From assembly GCA_964016885.1 (NCBI GenBank), contig OZ024756.1, forward strand, positions 17,670,001-17,734,000: DNA of 64,000 nt, read 5' to 3'. The stretch is from Eledone cirrhosa. Lineage: Eukaryota. A model generated the notes under the pieces. It was not told the origin of the DNA and searched no databases. It was given only the letters and a program-made list of their open reading frames with translations. The position numbers and the translations under genes are program-made. Shown in pieces: positions 14,101 through 27,609 of this stretch. Position 1 is the stretch's first letter. Each line of letters starts with the position of its first letter.

Positions 14101-14197
14101 TATTACCAACATTACTATTCAAACGGTCTTCGAACTGATAGTTGGGGTTGGCGAAACTCAGGAAGGGTTCAGTGTTATCGATAGGTGAATCCGACAT
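11168..14197 (-). CDS. APBB: APBB/Fe65-family adaptor protein (amyloid precursor protein-binding family B), 1009 aa, single coding exon
   Basis: Uninterrupted 3030-nt ORF. It has a long D/E-rich N-terminus, a WW domain ([29 protein letters not shown]), PTB1 (RFAVRSFGW...WGDGKDL...[25 protein letters not shown]...[10 protein letters not shown]) and PTB2 (FPTPMEEP...[10 protein letters not shown]...[30 protein letters not shown]). This WW-PTB-PTB order is diagnostic of Fe65. Confidence 0.95.
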   Translation of the reverse strand: [1009 protein letters not shown]

Positions 14198-14204
14198 AAT
14201 TTAA

Positions 14205-14579
14205 CTATGAAAACGACTTTCAATGAGACGAAGATGAAAAAATAAATACGGCTTCAAAAATTGTTAATTAGAAAACAGATTAAATATCAATATAAATCGA
14301 TAAGTATTAAAATTTTCAAAATGTACTGATTTGATTAGATAAATAGACTGACAAATAAATAAACCGCTGATTTATGTCTTCAAAACGGTGACTACAGTTC
14401 GTGGTATGACTGCTTTTTTCTGATATCTTTCACATAAACACGCACCTTTTTTTCGTTCTCTATTTTGGTTATGAATATATAAATATATGTATAAATGTGT
14501 GTGTGTGTATATATATATATTTGTTAACAATCCCGAATATTTTAGATGTGGTTTGAAGCAGTGCTAAGCAAAGGCTTAC
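14205..14579 (-). other. Putative 5'-UTR intron of the APBB gene
   Basis: Minus-strand donor AAG|GTAAGC at 14579 and pyrimidine-rich acceptor TTTTCATAG| at 14205, 7 nt upstream of the ATG. Confidence 0.55.
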
Positions 14580-15118
14580 CTTCACCTTATCCTGAAAGTC
14601 AGCTAATTATCCTCGTTTATTAACTTTGTATCTGTGCGGATAAATGTCCGTGGGATAAGAAGCGAATTCTGCCATAAATGAAGGACGACGGTTTACATAC
14701 GTCGTCGAAAAACCAACTGCAGTACACCGATGGTTCTTCTCTCTGTATATCACTTTTTTTACAAACTATTACTGTCTCTTTCTCTTCTCTCCTCCTCCTC
14801 TCACTCTATCTTAGATACCTTACTATCTCTATCAGTACCCACTTTCAGCCTTTTCTCTCCTCCCCTTCCCCTAACTCTCTCTCTCTTAGATGTCTTACTC
14901 TCTATCAATACCTACTTTCTCTCCTCCTCCTCTTCTCACTCTCTCTCTCTAATATGTCTTACTATATCTTAGTGCCCACCCTCAGCCTTCTCTTTTTCTC
15001 TCGCACTTTATTCTGTTTCTCTTTCTCTCTCTCTACTCCTCCTCACACTCGCTCTTAGATATCTTAATCTCTATCAGTACCCCACCTTAAGCCTTTTCTC
15101 CTTCTCTCACACCTAATT

Positions 15119-15155
<37 letters not shown>

Positions 15156-15180
15156 AACCTGTGTGACTACTACTTCCTCA

Positions 15181-15228
<48 letters not shown>

Positions 15229-15380
15229 TTCTACTAGCAACACACCGAGAAGAGGGAGGCGATGGTTGAACTTGGGTGGAGTAGCAGGAAGAAGCAAGCA
15301 GCCTCAAACCCAAAGCGCACTACTATATTATATATATTACTGAATTTCGTTTGTCAATCTTATGCACGTCTATATGTTTG

Positions 15381-15425
<45 letters not shown>

Positions 15426-15477
15426 ATGTATATATATATATATGTTTGCGTGTGTGTGTGTTTACATATGTACATAC

Positions 15478-15547
<70 letters not shown>

Positions 15548-15648
15548 TCCCATATACATGCATACACACATACATATATATACAAATATATAGACTTATA
15601 CATTTGTACGTATTCATATATATAAATAAATATATTCCCTCTCTCACT

Positions 15649-15705
<57 letters not shown>

Positions 15706-15717
15706 GTGGATGTGCAA

Positions 15718-15791
<74 letters not shown>

Positions 15792-16880
15792 CACACTATT
15801 GCTGTGATTATATCTAATTAGATAATTCTTTATTTCAAAACTACTTAGATTTATATATTTTAAATTTCTCTTTCGTTCAAAACGAAGCAAGCAAGCTGAC
15901 ATTAGTGGTATACAGGTGTGTAGTGGTGTGCGTGTTCAATAATTGTAAGTGTGTGTGTGTGTACTGTAAATGTGTAATGTCCAAGCTGACATTACTAGAG
16001 TGTGAGAGAGAGTGTGGTAATGTCCAAGCTGACATTACTAGAGTGTGTGTGTGTGTGTGAGAGAGAGAGTGAGTGTCATTGTGTTATAATCTTCATCATT
16101 ATAATTATAATTAAAACTGCTAGCGATCATCAGTATCATAATTAGTATTATTAGCAAGATTGCACCCCCACCGCTTTCCTCCTTCAGCAATATCTTTAGT
16201 GAACGTGTTGCACACATCACAGAATTGACATTACACACTTAGTTATTGTGTACACACCAGCACATACCAGTATACTAGTAATGTTAGCTTGGACATTACA
16301 CAATTATTGCACACACACCTACACACCAGTACACACACACACTAGTTCACACACACCAGTACACAAACAAGTACACACACGCACCAGTACACACAGACAC
16401 CAGTACACACACACAAGTACACACAGACACCAGTACACACAGACACCAGTACACACACACACACACCAGTACACAGACAGCAGTACACACACACACAAAC
16501 AAGTACACACACACACCCGTACACACACGCACCAGTACACACAGACACCAGTACACACACACACACCAGTACACACAGACACCAGTACACACACACACAA
16601 GTACACACACACCAGTACACACACACACAACAGTACACACACATACACCCGTACACACACATACACACATATATATATATATACATACATATAGAGAGGG
16701 AGAGGGTTGTACATGCATACACACGTAGGCATGCATACATACAGACACAGGCACACATACATACATACATACATATATATATACATACATACACACATTC
16801 ATTCATACATACAATATGCGTGAGTGTGTATGTATGAGTGTGCGTCTGTGCGTGTATGTGTGTATGTACATGTGTGTGTT

Positions 16881-16919
<39 letters not shown>

Positions 16920-17416
16920 GTGTGTGTGTTTGTATATATATGTATGTATATATATGTGTGTGTGTGTGTTTGTATATATATGTGTATATATATGTGTGTT
17001 TGTTTGTATATATATATGTGTGTGTTTGTATATATATATATGTGTATATATATATATATATGTGTGTTTGTATATATATATGTATATATATATATATGTG
17101 TGTGTTTGTTTGTATATATATATATGTGTGTGTGTTTGTATATATATATATATGTGTGTGTGTTTGTTTGTATATATATATGTGTGTGTGTGTGTTTGTA
17201 TATATATATGTGTATATATATATATATGTGTGTGTGTTTGTTTGTATATATGTGTGTGTAAAAGATAGCGAGGTAGATAAATCATAGAAATAAACGGGGT
17301 GAGTGTAAGTGTTTGGTTTCAAGTCTCACGTGAATAATATAATGAATGATAATTAATTTTTCGGCCTAATTATTATTTACATCTCATCATCGTCGAACGA
17401 TAAACAGATATTGATA

Positions 17417-17500
<84 letters not shown>

Positions 17501-17559
17501 GTATATATATATGGAATTAGCTGTCGAAACGGCGAGAGCTCAGCCGTCGGGCCCGGCTC

Positions 17560-17665
<106 letters not shown>

Positions 17666-18037
17666 AATGTATGTATGCATGTATGTATGTTTGATTACAT
17701 ATGCATATATGTATGTATGCATCTGTTTGTATGTATGTGTATATGTAATGTTTATCTGTATGTATATGTTTATGTACGTATGTTTGAATGTATGGATGTG
17801 TATATGTACGTGTGTATGTATGTATATATTCGTCTATTTAATGAATGACTCTTACAGGACAAGTCCTGTTTTGTCTAAACCTGCGTCTGCTCTCTATACG
17901 TAAATAATGACGTTTATGTAGCTGAACTCTGCATTCATACATTACATCATGCATACATTATATATATAATTATTTGTTTACATACGGACACACACTCAGA
18001 TACATGCATATGTATACATACTTATATAGATATATAT

Positions 18038-18114
<77 letters not shown>

Positions 18115-18328
18115 CATACATACTTGTATATATACATTCATTTCTATACATATGTACATGGAGTGACAGGGTGGAGACACAGATAGATAAATTGGTGTAT
18201 ATATATGTGTATATATATATATATATATAAAGAGAGAGAGAGAGAGAGGGGGGGGGGCGAGACAGAGAGAGAAAGAGGAGGGGTGAGAGAGAGAGACAGA
18301 TAGGTATATGGAGATTGATAGATAGATA

Positions 18329-18577
18329 TCTTTCTTTATTTGCCACAGGGGTGTACACAAATGGGACATTACAAGACGTGACCGCGGGGGTTTTACATAA
18401 AAATCATATAACTTTAACATTAAATAACAATAAACTATATATAATAAAATAACAATAGAAATCCCCAGTAGGGTGGAACGTTACTGCAGGGTTGTTTTAC
18501 ACCCCGTGGATAAAACAACCCTCAACACGTTTTGTAGGTGTTCCTCTCTTCCCTCTGTTTATCTTCCTCAACCTACA
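18329..18577 (-). mobile_element. Short 3' end of a related Tx1-like element
   Basis: 3' terminus (TTTCTTTATTTGCCACAGGGG) resembles that at 18716 and also abuts a GATA microsatellite. Confidence 0.5.
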
Positions 18578-18590
18578 GATAGATAGATAA

Positions 18591-18695
<105 letters not shown>

Positions 18696-18712
18696 TAGAC
18701 AGATAGATAGAT

Positions 18713-19475
18713 ATTTTTCTTTATTAGCCACAGGGGCACAAAAGAAGGGGACAAATACAAAGGGGGAAGTTTACATACATACAATAAAAACGTGTAAAAT
18801 ACTATCACAAATGCAATTTAAAAATCAATCGATTTTCCCCAACAGGGGAAGACATTACATATGGGTAACACATACCCCCGAAAAAATGTGCAACCCTCAT
18901 CTCCAGGAGTACGAAGAGTGAGTACTCCTTTCTTCTCTTCTTCTTTTTCCTCAACTTACAGGCTGATATAGAGAGAAGGCCCATTCACTCGGGCCATTCT
19001 CGCCACTTTCACCCACCTTTCATAAAACTTGCTGGGGTACAGCACCTCTCTCTCCATCCTGATTCTTCTTCCAAAGTGGTATTTGAAAAAAAGAATCAGT
19101 TGTTGGCCGGAGAGAAAGGTGTCTGACCTCAGCCCTTTTAACCTCGTCCACCATACAACCACTTTCGCTATAGCTATCACACAAAGGAAAACCGCCTCTC
19201 CTTCGTTTTTGAAGGAGGGTAGCGGTTTGATCATGACAATGGACTCGGTGGTCAACCGGATTGGTCCCACCAACGACAATAGTCGTTCTACATAGCCCCA
19301 CAGGTTTGTAACGCCCGGGCAGTGTACAGATGGATGCGCGACAGTTTCCTCGTCGCGCACGCATCTCGGACAGATCTTTTTCGAAGGGTCCCTGCCCGGG
19401 CATCCGTGTCTGTAGAGCTTGTCTCAAACTGGTAGAGCTCCTCGGTAGCACTGCCAGGCCAGGGACTTTTGGAAT
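18713..19475 (-). mobile_element. Tx1/L1-clade LINE 3' fragment
   Basis: C-terminal CCHC zinc knuckle (CPRCVRDEETVAH...HC), LW...E and AK..VWW motifs. The 3' UTR ends in AATAAAGAAAAA next to a (TATC)n/(TGTC)n tract. Confidence 0.75.
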
Positions 19476-19552
19476 AGATAGATAGATAGAGATGGTTGGG
19501 TAGATATATATATATATATATAGATATATATATATTAGATATACATAGATAT

Positions 19553-20399
19553 GTCAGCAGAGATTTGCGTTGGACAAAGGATGTCTCTAACATTGTCAAG
19601 AAGGCTGAGGGTGTCTTGGCATCACTCAGCAAGACCTTTGTTAGCCGCTCTCCAGCCATCTATTTAAAACTGTATACATCTATGGTACGACCACACTTGG
19701 AATTCGCATCATCAGTCTGGAACCCCTATCTTGCTCAGAACATTGACCTCCTGGAAACTGTTCAGAGACGTGCAACCAAGCGCATACCCTCCATCAGACA
19801 CCTACCATACTCTGAACGCCTTGCTTCCCTGGGCATGGATTCATTGAAGCTCCGACGTCTGGCAATGGACTTGGTGAATACCCACAAAGTTATTAACCAT
19901 CTCGCCAATTGCAACCCTGAGCACCTTTTTGATCTCCATGTGTCTAACACACGTGGACATGCCTACAAAATCAGAAAACAGCACAGCTCCCATGACTTTC
20001 GTAGACATTTTTTCACGCTCAGAGTTGCTGAAGCATGGAACAAACTGCCTGCGTCAGTTGTTAGCTGCCGAGACACTGCATCCTTCTCGAAATACACCAA
20101 AACTACACCTGATGTACCCCTTCCATACACATGCACACGTGTGTATCATGACTCGTGCACTGTTCATTTTACTGATGTTTGTGCATTGCCCTATGTACTG
20201 TACATGCACTTTTTGATGAGTTGTGGTGCACCTGGGCACTGTACACAATATTTCATTATTATTATTATTATTATTATTATATCATAACTCATACACTGTT
20301 CATTTTCCTGACATTTGTACATTATTCTATGTACTATTCATGCACCTTTGATGAGTTGTAGTGCACCTGAGCACTGTACACAATAATTTCATTATTATT
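19553..20399 (+). mobile_element. Shorter 5'-truncated copy of the same CR1-like LINE
   Basis: Near-identical to about 24296-25157 (post-RT region and 3' UTR). Confidence 0.9.
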
Positions 20400-21443
20400 A
20401 TATATTATATATATTTCTGATGATTTAGTTGATCATATCGATCCACCACCAGCTTCAGTCAAGTAGTTATTTTAACAATCCCTAATTATTGAACCACCAC
20501 ATTATGGGACATAAAGGGACACATCATAATACACACACACACATACATACACATTCTTTCTCTACATATATACATACACATTCTCTCTCTACACACACAC
20601 ACATACATACATACACGTTCTCTCTCTACACACACATATACATACATACATACACCCCCGTCCCACCCCATCCACACCGCCCCCTTCAATGCAAAGTTAT
20701 GTTGGCGCCACAACATCCAGGCCGAAACAAATGAGATCGTGTAGGTGTCACGACAAAAAAACACACAGTTCACGCTGTAATGTGACCGTGTAGGCAACAC
20801 GGTAAAAACCTCCCAGCCCCACACTGTAAATGTGGTTGGTGTTAGGAAGGGCATCCAGCTGTAGAAAACCCGCCAGACAGCCCTATGCGAGCAAGACAAC
20901 CACTCTTGCCTCAAGTGGGAAAACCCCCGTCCAAACCCATGCAAGCGTGGAACAGGGACGTTAAACGATGATGATGATGATGATGATGATACATACATAG
21001 TGGAGGCACATGGCTTAGTGGTTAGAGCATTGGCCTTACAATCGAAAGGTTGTGAGTTCAATACTCAGACCGGGTGATGTGTTGTTTCCTTGAGCAAGAC
21101 ACTTTATTTCACATTGCTCCAGTTTACTCAACTGTAGAAATGAGATGATAGGGACTGGGGTCCATATCATTCCACTGCAAAGTGGTCGTGGAGGTGTCAC
21201 GGCAAAAAAACACCCAGCACTCACTGTAAATGAGGTTGGTGTTAGGAAGGGCATCCATCTGTAGAAATCAAGCCAGAATCAGTTCCCGTCCCACCCTTGC
21301 AAGCAGGGAAAAGTGGGCGTAAAATGATGATGATGATGATGAATGATACACATTCTCTCTCTACACACATATACATACATACATACACATTCTCTCTCTC
21401 TACACACACATACACATACATACATACATACACATATAGATTG

Positions 21444-21501
<58 letters not shown>

Positions 21502-22233
21502 CATATAATATATATATATATATATTATATGTCTCTCTACTCAACCATCTCTATCTATCTCTCCCTGGATATATATATATATATATATATATAGGAAAAT
21601 GTATAAACCCCGACGGCAGAGCTGCAGCCATTTCGACGGCTATTTCAGTCCACAATTAGCCGTCGAAACGGCTTGAGCTCAGCCGTCGGGGTCCTACTCG
21701 TTCCTATTAACCACTCTACTACCCTAAGTATTGAGTACTTTGGTGCGTTATGGTCCATCTGGTTCCTTACCACACTTCCTTCGTTATATATATATATATA
21801 TAACGGAAAAAAGCACCCAGCACTCACTGTAAATGAGGTTGGTGTTAGGAAGGGCATCCAGCTGTAGAAATCAAGCCAGAATCAGTTCCTGTATGAGCAA
21901 GGCATGGTCAGCCGACCCAGACACTGCCCACAACAGGACAACCCATCTAATCCATGCTAGCATGGAAGAATGGACGTAAAACGATGATGATGATGATATA
22001 TGACCAAAGATTAGTATGATTACTCAATGAATACAATTTTACAATAGATTAGAAGCACTCAACAAAAATGTTTTCCTGGAGTTTTTAATATTATTCAAAA
22101 TATTAACAAATGAAAAATATTCTCATAATCAAAATATATATTTTATTGTATATATTTCAGAGGTACTTCTGAAATATATATAATAAAGTATATATTTTGA
22201 TTATGAGAATATTTTTCATTTGTTAATATTTTG

Positions 22234-22265
<32 letters not shown>

Positions 22266-22632
22266 CATTCATCATCATCATTTCATTTTACGTCCACTTC
22301 TCCCTGCTTGCAAGGGTGGGACGGGAACTGATTCTGGCTTGATTTCTACAGATGGATGCCCTTCCTAACACCAACCTCATTTACAGTGAGTGCTGGGTGC
22401 TTTTTTGCCATGGCACCTCCACGACCACTTTGCAGTGGATATGATATGGGCCCCAGTCCCTATCATCTCATTTCTACAGCTGAGTAAACTGGAGCAATGT
22501 GAAATAAAGTGTCTTGCCCAAGAAAACAACACATCACCCGGTCTGAGAATTGAACTCACAACCTTTTTGATTGCAAGGCCAATGCTCTAACCGCTAAGCC
22601 ATGTGCCTCCATATATATATATATATGTATAT

Positions 22633-22682
<50 letters not shown>

Positions 22683-22689
22683 ATATATA

Positions 22690-22733
<44 letters not shown>

Positions 22734-23171
22734 GTTAAACGATGATGATGATGATGATGATATATATATATATATGCATATATTCATATAAATATATAAT
22801 TGACACAGCTCCTGTTTGCTAAATTTCAGTCACTAGGCATTGGTCACCCCGAGGCTAGAGTGGATGCGTGACACACACACACAAACGCACACATGCATTG
22901 TGCTGTAAATTACCTAATCATGAGTAATTGTATTATACACACATACACACACAATACACATTGATGCAAACAAATTTTATTTTCACTTCCCTTCCTGCTC
23001 TCTTCTTCTATATTATATATACATACATGCACACACACTCACATATATATGCATGCACACACATACATACACCTATTTTTATATATATAAATATATATAA
23101 ACATACCCAGATATACATATATAAAGATATATATATATACATATGTAAAGGTATTTATATATTTGTATGTG

Positions 23172-23218
<47 letters not shown>

Positions 23219-23389
23219 ATGCACTCATTTCTCGGAATAGAGAAAAAAATGAGGTGAGTGAGTATGTTGTAATCAATCTATCACCAAATCAATATCTCCG
23301 ATTGTCATTCAGTATTGCTACTGATCAATATATATAAATATATATGTAAACAATATACACACACACTTATATATATATATATATATATA

Positions 23390-25157
23390 CTATGCCTCCC
23401 CTGGTCTTGATGGTGTGACATACCTGCTTCTCAAACGTGGCGGGTATTTCCTTTTGCGCCAGCTTTCTTTCTTCTTTCAATACTGAAGAATGGTGCTACT
23501 CAGGAGCAGTGGAAAACTGCCAGTGTCATTCCCCTGTTCAAAAAGGGCAACCGCATGTCACCTGTCAACTATCGTCCAGTCAGTATGGCCAAACTGATGG
23601 AATCCAGCTGTATGGCCAAACTGATGGAATCCTATGTCAGAGAAACACTTTGGAACTTCTGGAGCTCTCACAGCCTCATCCGGCCCTCACAGTTTGGATT
23701 TATCCCTAACTCCAGCTGCTGTGATCAGCTTATCGAGTTCCTTGAGGACATCACCCAGATCACTGACAGCGGCTCATGGGTGGATGTTGTTTACCTTGAC
23801 TTTGCTAAGGCTTTTAATTCTGTGCCACACAAAAGACTTATGGCAAAACTCTCTGCAATGGGTGTGAGGGATGATCTTTTCGACTGGTTGAAATCCTTCA
23901 TTCTCAGCCGAAAAGAAGTAGTCACGGTTCTAGGACAGCATTCTTCACCATATGAGATGTCATCTGGTGTACCACAGGGATCTGTTCTTGGTCCTCTTTT
24001 GTTTGTGGCATATATTAATGACATAGATGCCAACTTACAGAATGCCACGGTACTAAAATATGCAGATGACATCAAGCTGTACCTTGAAATCAAAAGGACT
24101 GATCCTGAAATTTACAACTCTTTCCTACAATCAGACCTGGACACAATGCAGCAATGGATCACAGACTGGCAACTGAAGCTGGCTGTGGACAAGTGTACCA
24201 CCATGCATTTTGGAAGGAAAAATCCAGCGTCCACATACTCCCTCCACAACACTGATATCAAAAAGTCCTCTTGTGAACGTGACCTGGGCATTACTGTCAG
24301 CAACGATTTGTGTTGGACAAAGCATGTCTCTAAGATTGTCAAGAAGGATGAGGGTGTCTTGGCATCACTCAGCAAGACCTTTGTTAGCCGCTCTCCAGCC
24401 ATCTATTTAAAACTGTATACAGCTATGGTGCGACCACACTTGGAATTCGCATCATCAGTCTGGAACCCCTATCTTGCTCAGAACATTGACCTTCTGGAAA
24501 CTGTTCAGAGACGTGCAACCAAGCGCATACCCTCCATCAGACACCTACCATACTCTGAACGCCTTGCTTCCCTGGGCATGGATTCATTGAAGCTCCGACG
24601 TCTGGCAATGGACTTGGTGAATACCCACAAAGTTTTTAACCATCTCGCCAATTGCAACCCTGAGCGCCTCTTTGATCTCCATGTGTCTAACACACGTGGA
24701 CATGCCTACAAGATCAGAAAACAGCACAGCTCCCATGACTTTTATAGACATTTTTTCACGCTCAGAGTTGCTGAAGCATGGAACAAACTGCCTGCATCAA
24801 TTGTTAGCTGCTGAGACACTGCATCCTTTAAGACACTCATGCTTCCCGAAATACGCCAAAACTACACCTGATGTACCCCTTCCATACACATGCACACGTG
24901 TGTATCATGACTCGTGCACTGTTCATTTTACTCATGTTTATGCATTGCCCTATGTACCGTACATGCACTTTTTTTTTATGAGTTGTGGTGCACCTGGGCA
25001 CTGTACACAATATTTCATTATTGTTATTATTATTATATCATGACTCATACACTGTTCATTTTCCTGACATTTGTACATTATTCTATGTACTATACAGGCA
25101 CCTTTGATGAGTTGTAGTGCACCTGAGCACTGTACACAATAATTTCATTATTATTAT
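23390..25157 (+). mobile_element. 5'-truncated CR1-like LINE (RT domain plus 3' UTR, (ATT)n tail)
   Basis: RT motifs NYRPVS, VDVVYLDFAKAF, SGVPQGSVLGPLLF, KYADD, ERDLG, RPHLEFASSVWNP, NTRGH. The 3' UTR has an internal repeat and an ATT tail. Confidence 0.92.
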
Positions 25158-25699
25158 ATATATGCATACATTCATACACACACACACTCACACATATATT
25201 CATACGGCGGACGGCTTACCCTTTTTTCCAAACTTTGAACCTCCCAATTCTCAGAACTTTGCTCTTTTCTGACGATAGACTAACATCCGATACGTTGAAA
25301 CCTTCTTTTTTTTCTTTTTCCAACATGTGTAAAACTAATAAGACTTTGTATTATTGAATCTGTGTGTTCGTCTTATTGATCTTGAACTATATCTATATAT
25401 CTGTGTATGTATATATATACATACACACACATATATGCTGAGGTTATATTTAATTTGTTGGGATTCAACAAGCTTAAGCATTTTTTTATAACTGATATAA
25501 AACACTCGACAGATTAGTGGAGTAAATATACAATATATTAACAAATGAAAACTATATTTATAAAACCATATTTATTTTATTATACATATTTCAAGGGCCA
25601 CCAAGGCAAATTATGGTGTGCTTTCATCAGATAAAATACAATACAGATTAGTTTTATAAATAAATATTGATATACCCTGAAAAAACACAACCTTAACGG

Positions 25700-25765
25700 T
25701 ATTTTATCTGATGAAAGCACACCATAATTTGCCTTGGTGGCCCTTGAAATATGTATAATAAAATA
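25700..25765 (+). ncRNA. Type I hammerhead motif (mirror copy on minus strand at 25573-25638)
   Basis: TATTTTAT-CTGATGA-stem II-GAA-ATATGTAT-A-ATAAAATA; perfect 8-bp stem I. Confidence 0.7.
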
Positions 25766-25803
25766 AATATGGTTTTATAAATATAGTTTCCATTTGTTAA
25801 TAT

Positions 25804-25907
<104 letters not shown>

Positions 25908-25916
25908 CATATATAT

Positions 25917-26296
25917 ATCATCATCATTTTACGTCCGCTTTTCTCTGCTTGCAAAGGTTGGACGGGTCCAATTCAGCACACCATCTCTCCACTTGTCACG
26001 GTCCTTCGTCATTTCCTCGGTGAGTTACAGCGATTTGAGGTCTGCTCTCACCACCTCCGCCCATGTTTTTCGTGGTCTACCTCTACGGTGTCTTCCTTCT
26101 ACTGGCATTTCTTGGCACTTCTTTACCCAGCGGTCATCCTCCATGCGCATCACATGTCCATACCATCTCAGCCTTCTCTCCTGCACACCACAACTTATCC
26201 CTCTTATACCCAGTTTCTTTCTCAACTCGTCTATGCTTGGTCATTCACGCACATTGACATTGCACATCCAATGGAGCATACTTGCTTCATTTCTCT
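25917..26296 (-). mobile_element. RTE LINE 3' fragment, abutting the maT insertion
   Basis: RLRWYGHVMRMEDDRWVKKC...RGRPRKTWAEVV, with a GAT-repeat tail. Confidence 0.85.
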
Positions 26297-26306
26297 TATA
26301 TATATA

Positions 26307-27609
26307 CAGGATGGGGCATAAAAACTGTTACAAAATAAAATGCAAATAGTTCTTGAAAAAAACATTTATTTCAAGATCTGACTTCAACAAATAGTAAGTA
26401 ATATACTATTAAACAACTACACAAAAATGTATTCGAAATGCTTTCCTCTAGCTCTCATTACCGCTCGAAGACTTCTAGGAAAGTCTTCGATGGCTGCACG
26501 AACAGTTTCCATGGGTATTTTCTCCCATACTTTATTCAGTTTTGATTTTAGAGTTTCAATATTTTGGCTAGGAGTAGAGCAGGCTTCAGTCTCAAGAATT
26601 GACCATAAAGAAAAATCGAGAGGGTTGAGATCTCGTGATGTGGGAGGCCACTCTTCCTTACTGATCCATGCAGGACAATGGTCTCTACACCACTGTTGTG
26701 TTACGCGAGCAGTGTGGCTCGTCGTTCCATCTTGTTGGAGAGTCCAAATGTCATCGCCATAAACAGATGTGCACCATGGCATCAGTGCTCCTTCCAAAAT
26801 ATCCTTTATGTAAAGTTCTTTGTTAATTTTAACTCCTTGAGGCACAAAAATCAGAGGAGACTTCCCTCTTTCAGAAATGGCTACCCAAACCATCACTGAT
26901 GCTGGTTTCTGTGTTCTGAACACTTTTCCTACACTCGAAGGAATTGATTTGAGACGTTTTGCAAGTAGTCAATCATTTTGATGATTGTGAGACTGCTGCA
27001 CAGTGAATAAATTCTCATCTGTAAAGATGATGTTTTGCAGCATGCCATCCTTGATACGGTTCAATAACAGTTTACTTCTGGAGAGCTTCTTTTCAAGTGT
27101 GGGTGCAGAAAGAAGCTGCCTCTTTTGGAACTTATAGGGTGACATCCCCAGATCATCTCGACATATCCTCCGCATAGTTCTTGGTGATGTTTCTGCTTCT
27201 ACTGCCATTTTTCTCATGGACCTTCTTGGATTACGCCTTATTTTTTCCGTCACACTTTTAACAAGTTTTGGTGTTCTTGAGGTGCGAGGGCGTCCGTATT
27301 GAGGTCTGTCTTTGGTTGAGGAAGTTTCCTTAAATCGATCGATTGTCCTTTTGATCAACATTCTATTGATCTTAAGAATTTTCCCCAGTTTAAATATCTT
27401 GGGTGGAGTCAGGCCTTTTTCATGCTTCTTTATTATGAACTTTCTTTTCAATTCTATGGACATGCAAATTGTTAATGGAGTAATGTTCTGAAAAATAGTT
27501 AATATGGTTATAGTGCATGGATTTAATACAAATATATTAGTTATATTAGCAACATAATGTATTTTTAAATTGATTTAAAACTTTGTAACAGGAATTATGC
27601 CCCACCCTG
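26307..27609 (-). mobile_element. Full-length Tc1/mariner-superfamily DD37D (maT) DNA transposon
   Basis: 28-bp imperfect TIRs (CAGGATGGGGCATAAAAACTGTTACAAA / revcomp CAGGGTGGGGCATAATTCCTGTTACAAA, 24/28 matching) flanked by TA. Encloses the transposase. Confidence 0.93.
26417..27463 (-). pseudogene. maT/DD37D transposase, 348 codons with one in-frame TGA at 26969-26971
   Basis: The two listed ORFs are in the same frame. Motifs: GRPRT, IFTDE, QQD-(37 aa)-DLNPLD, WPPTS. NHQND* is most simply a CGA(R)->TGA change. Confidence 0.9.

Noticed and set aside
14676-14720. ATGAAG-GACGACG...CGTCGTC-GAAA hairpin near the APBB 5' end as a hammerhead
   Set aside because: The core deviates (ATGAAGG) and no stem I or stem III pairing was found.
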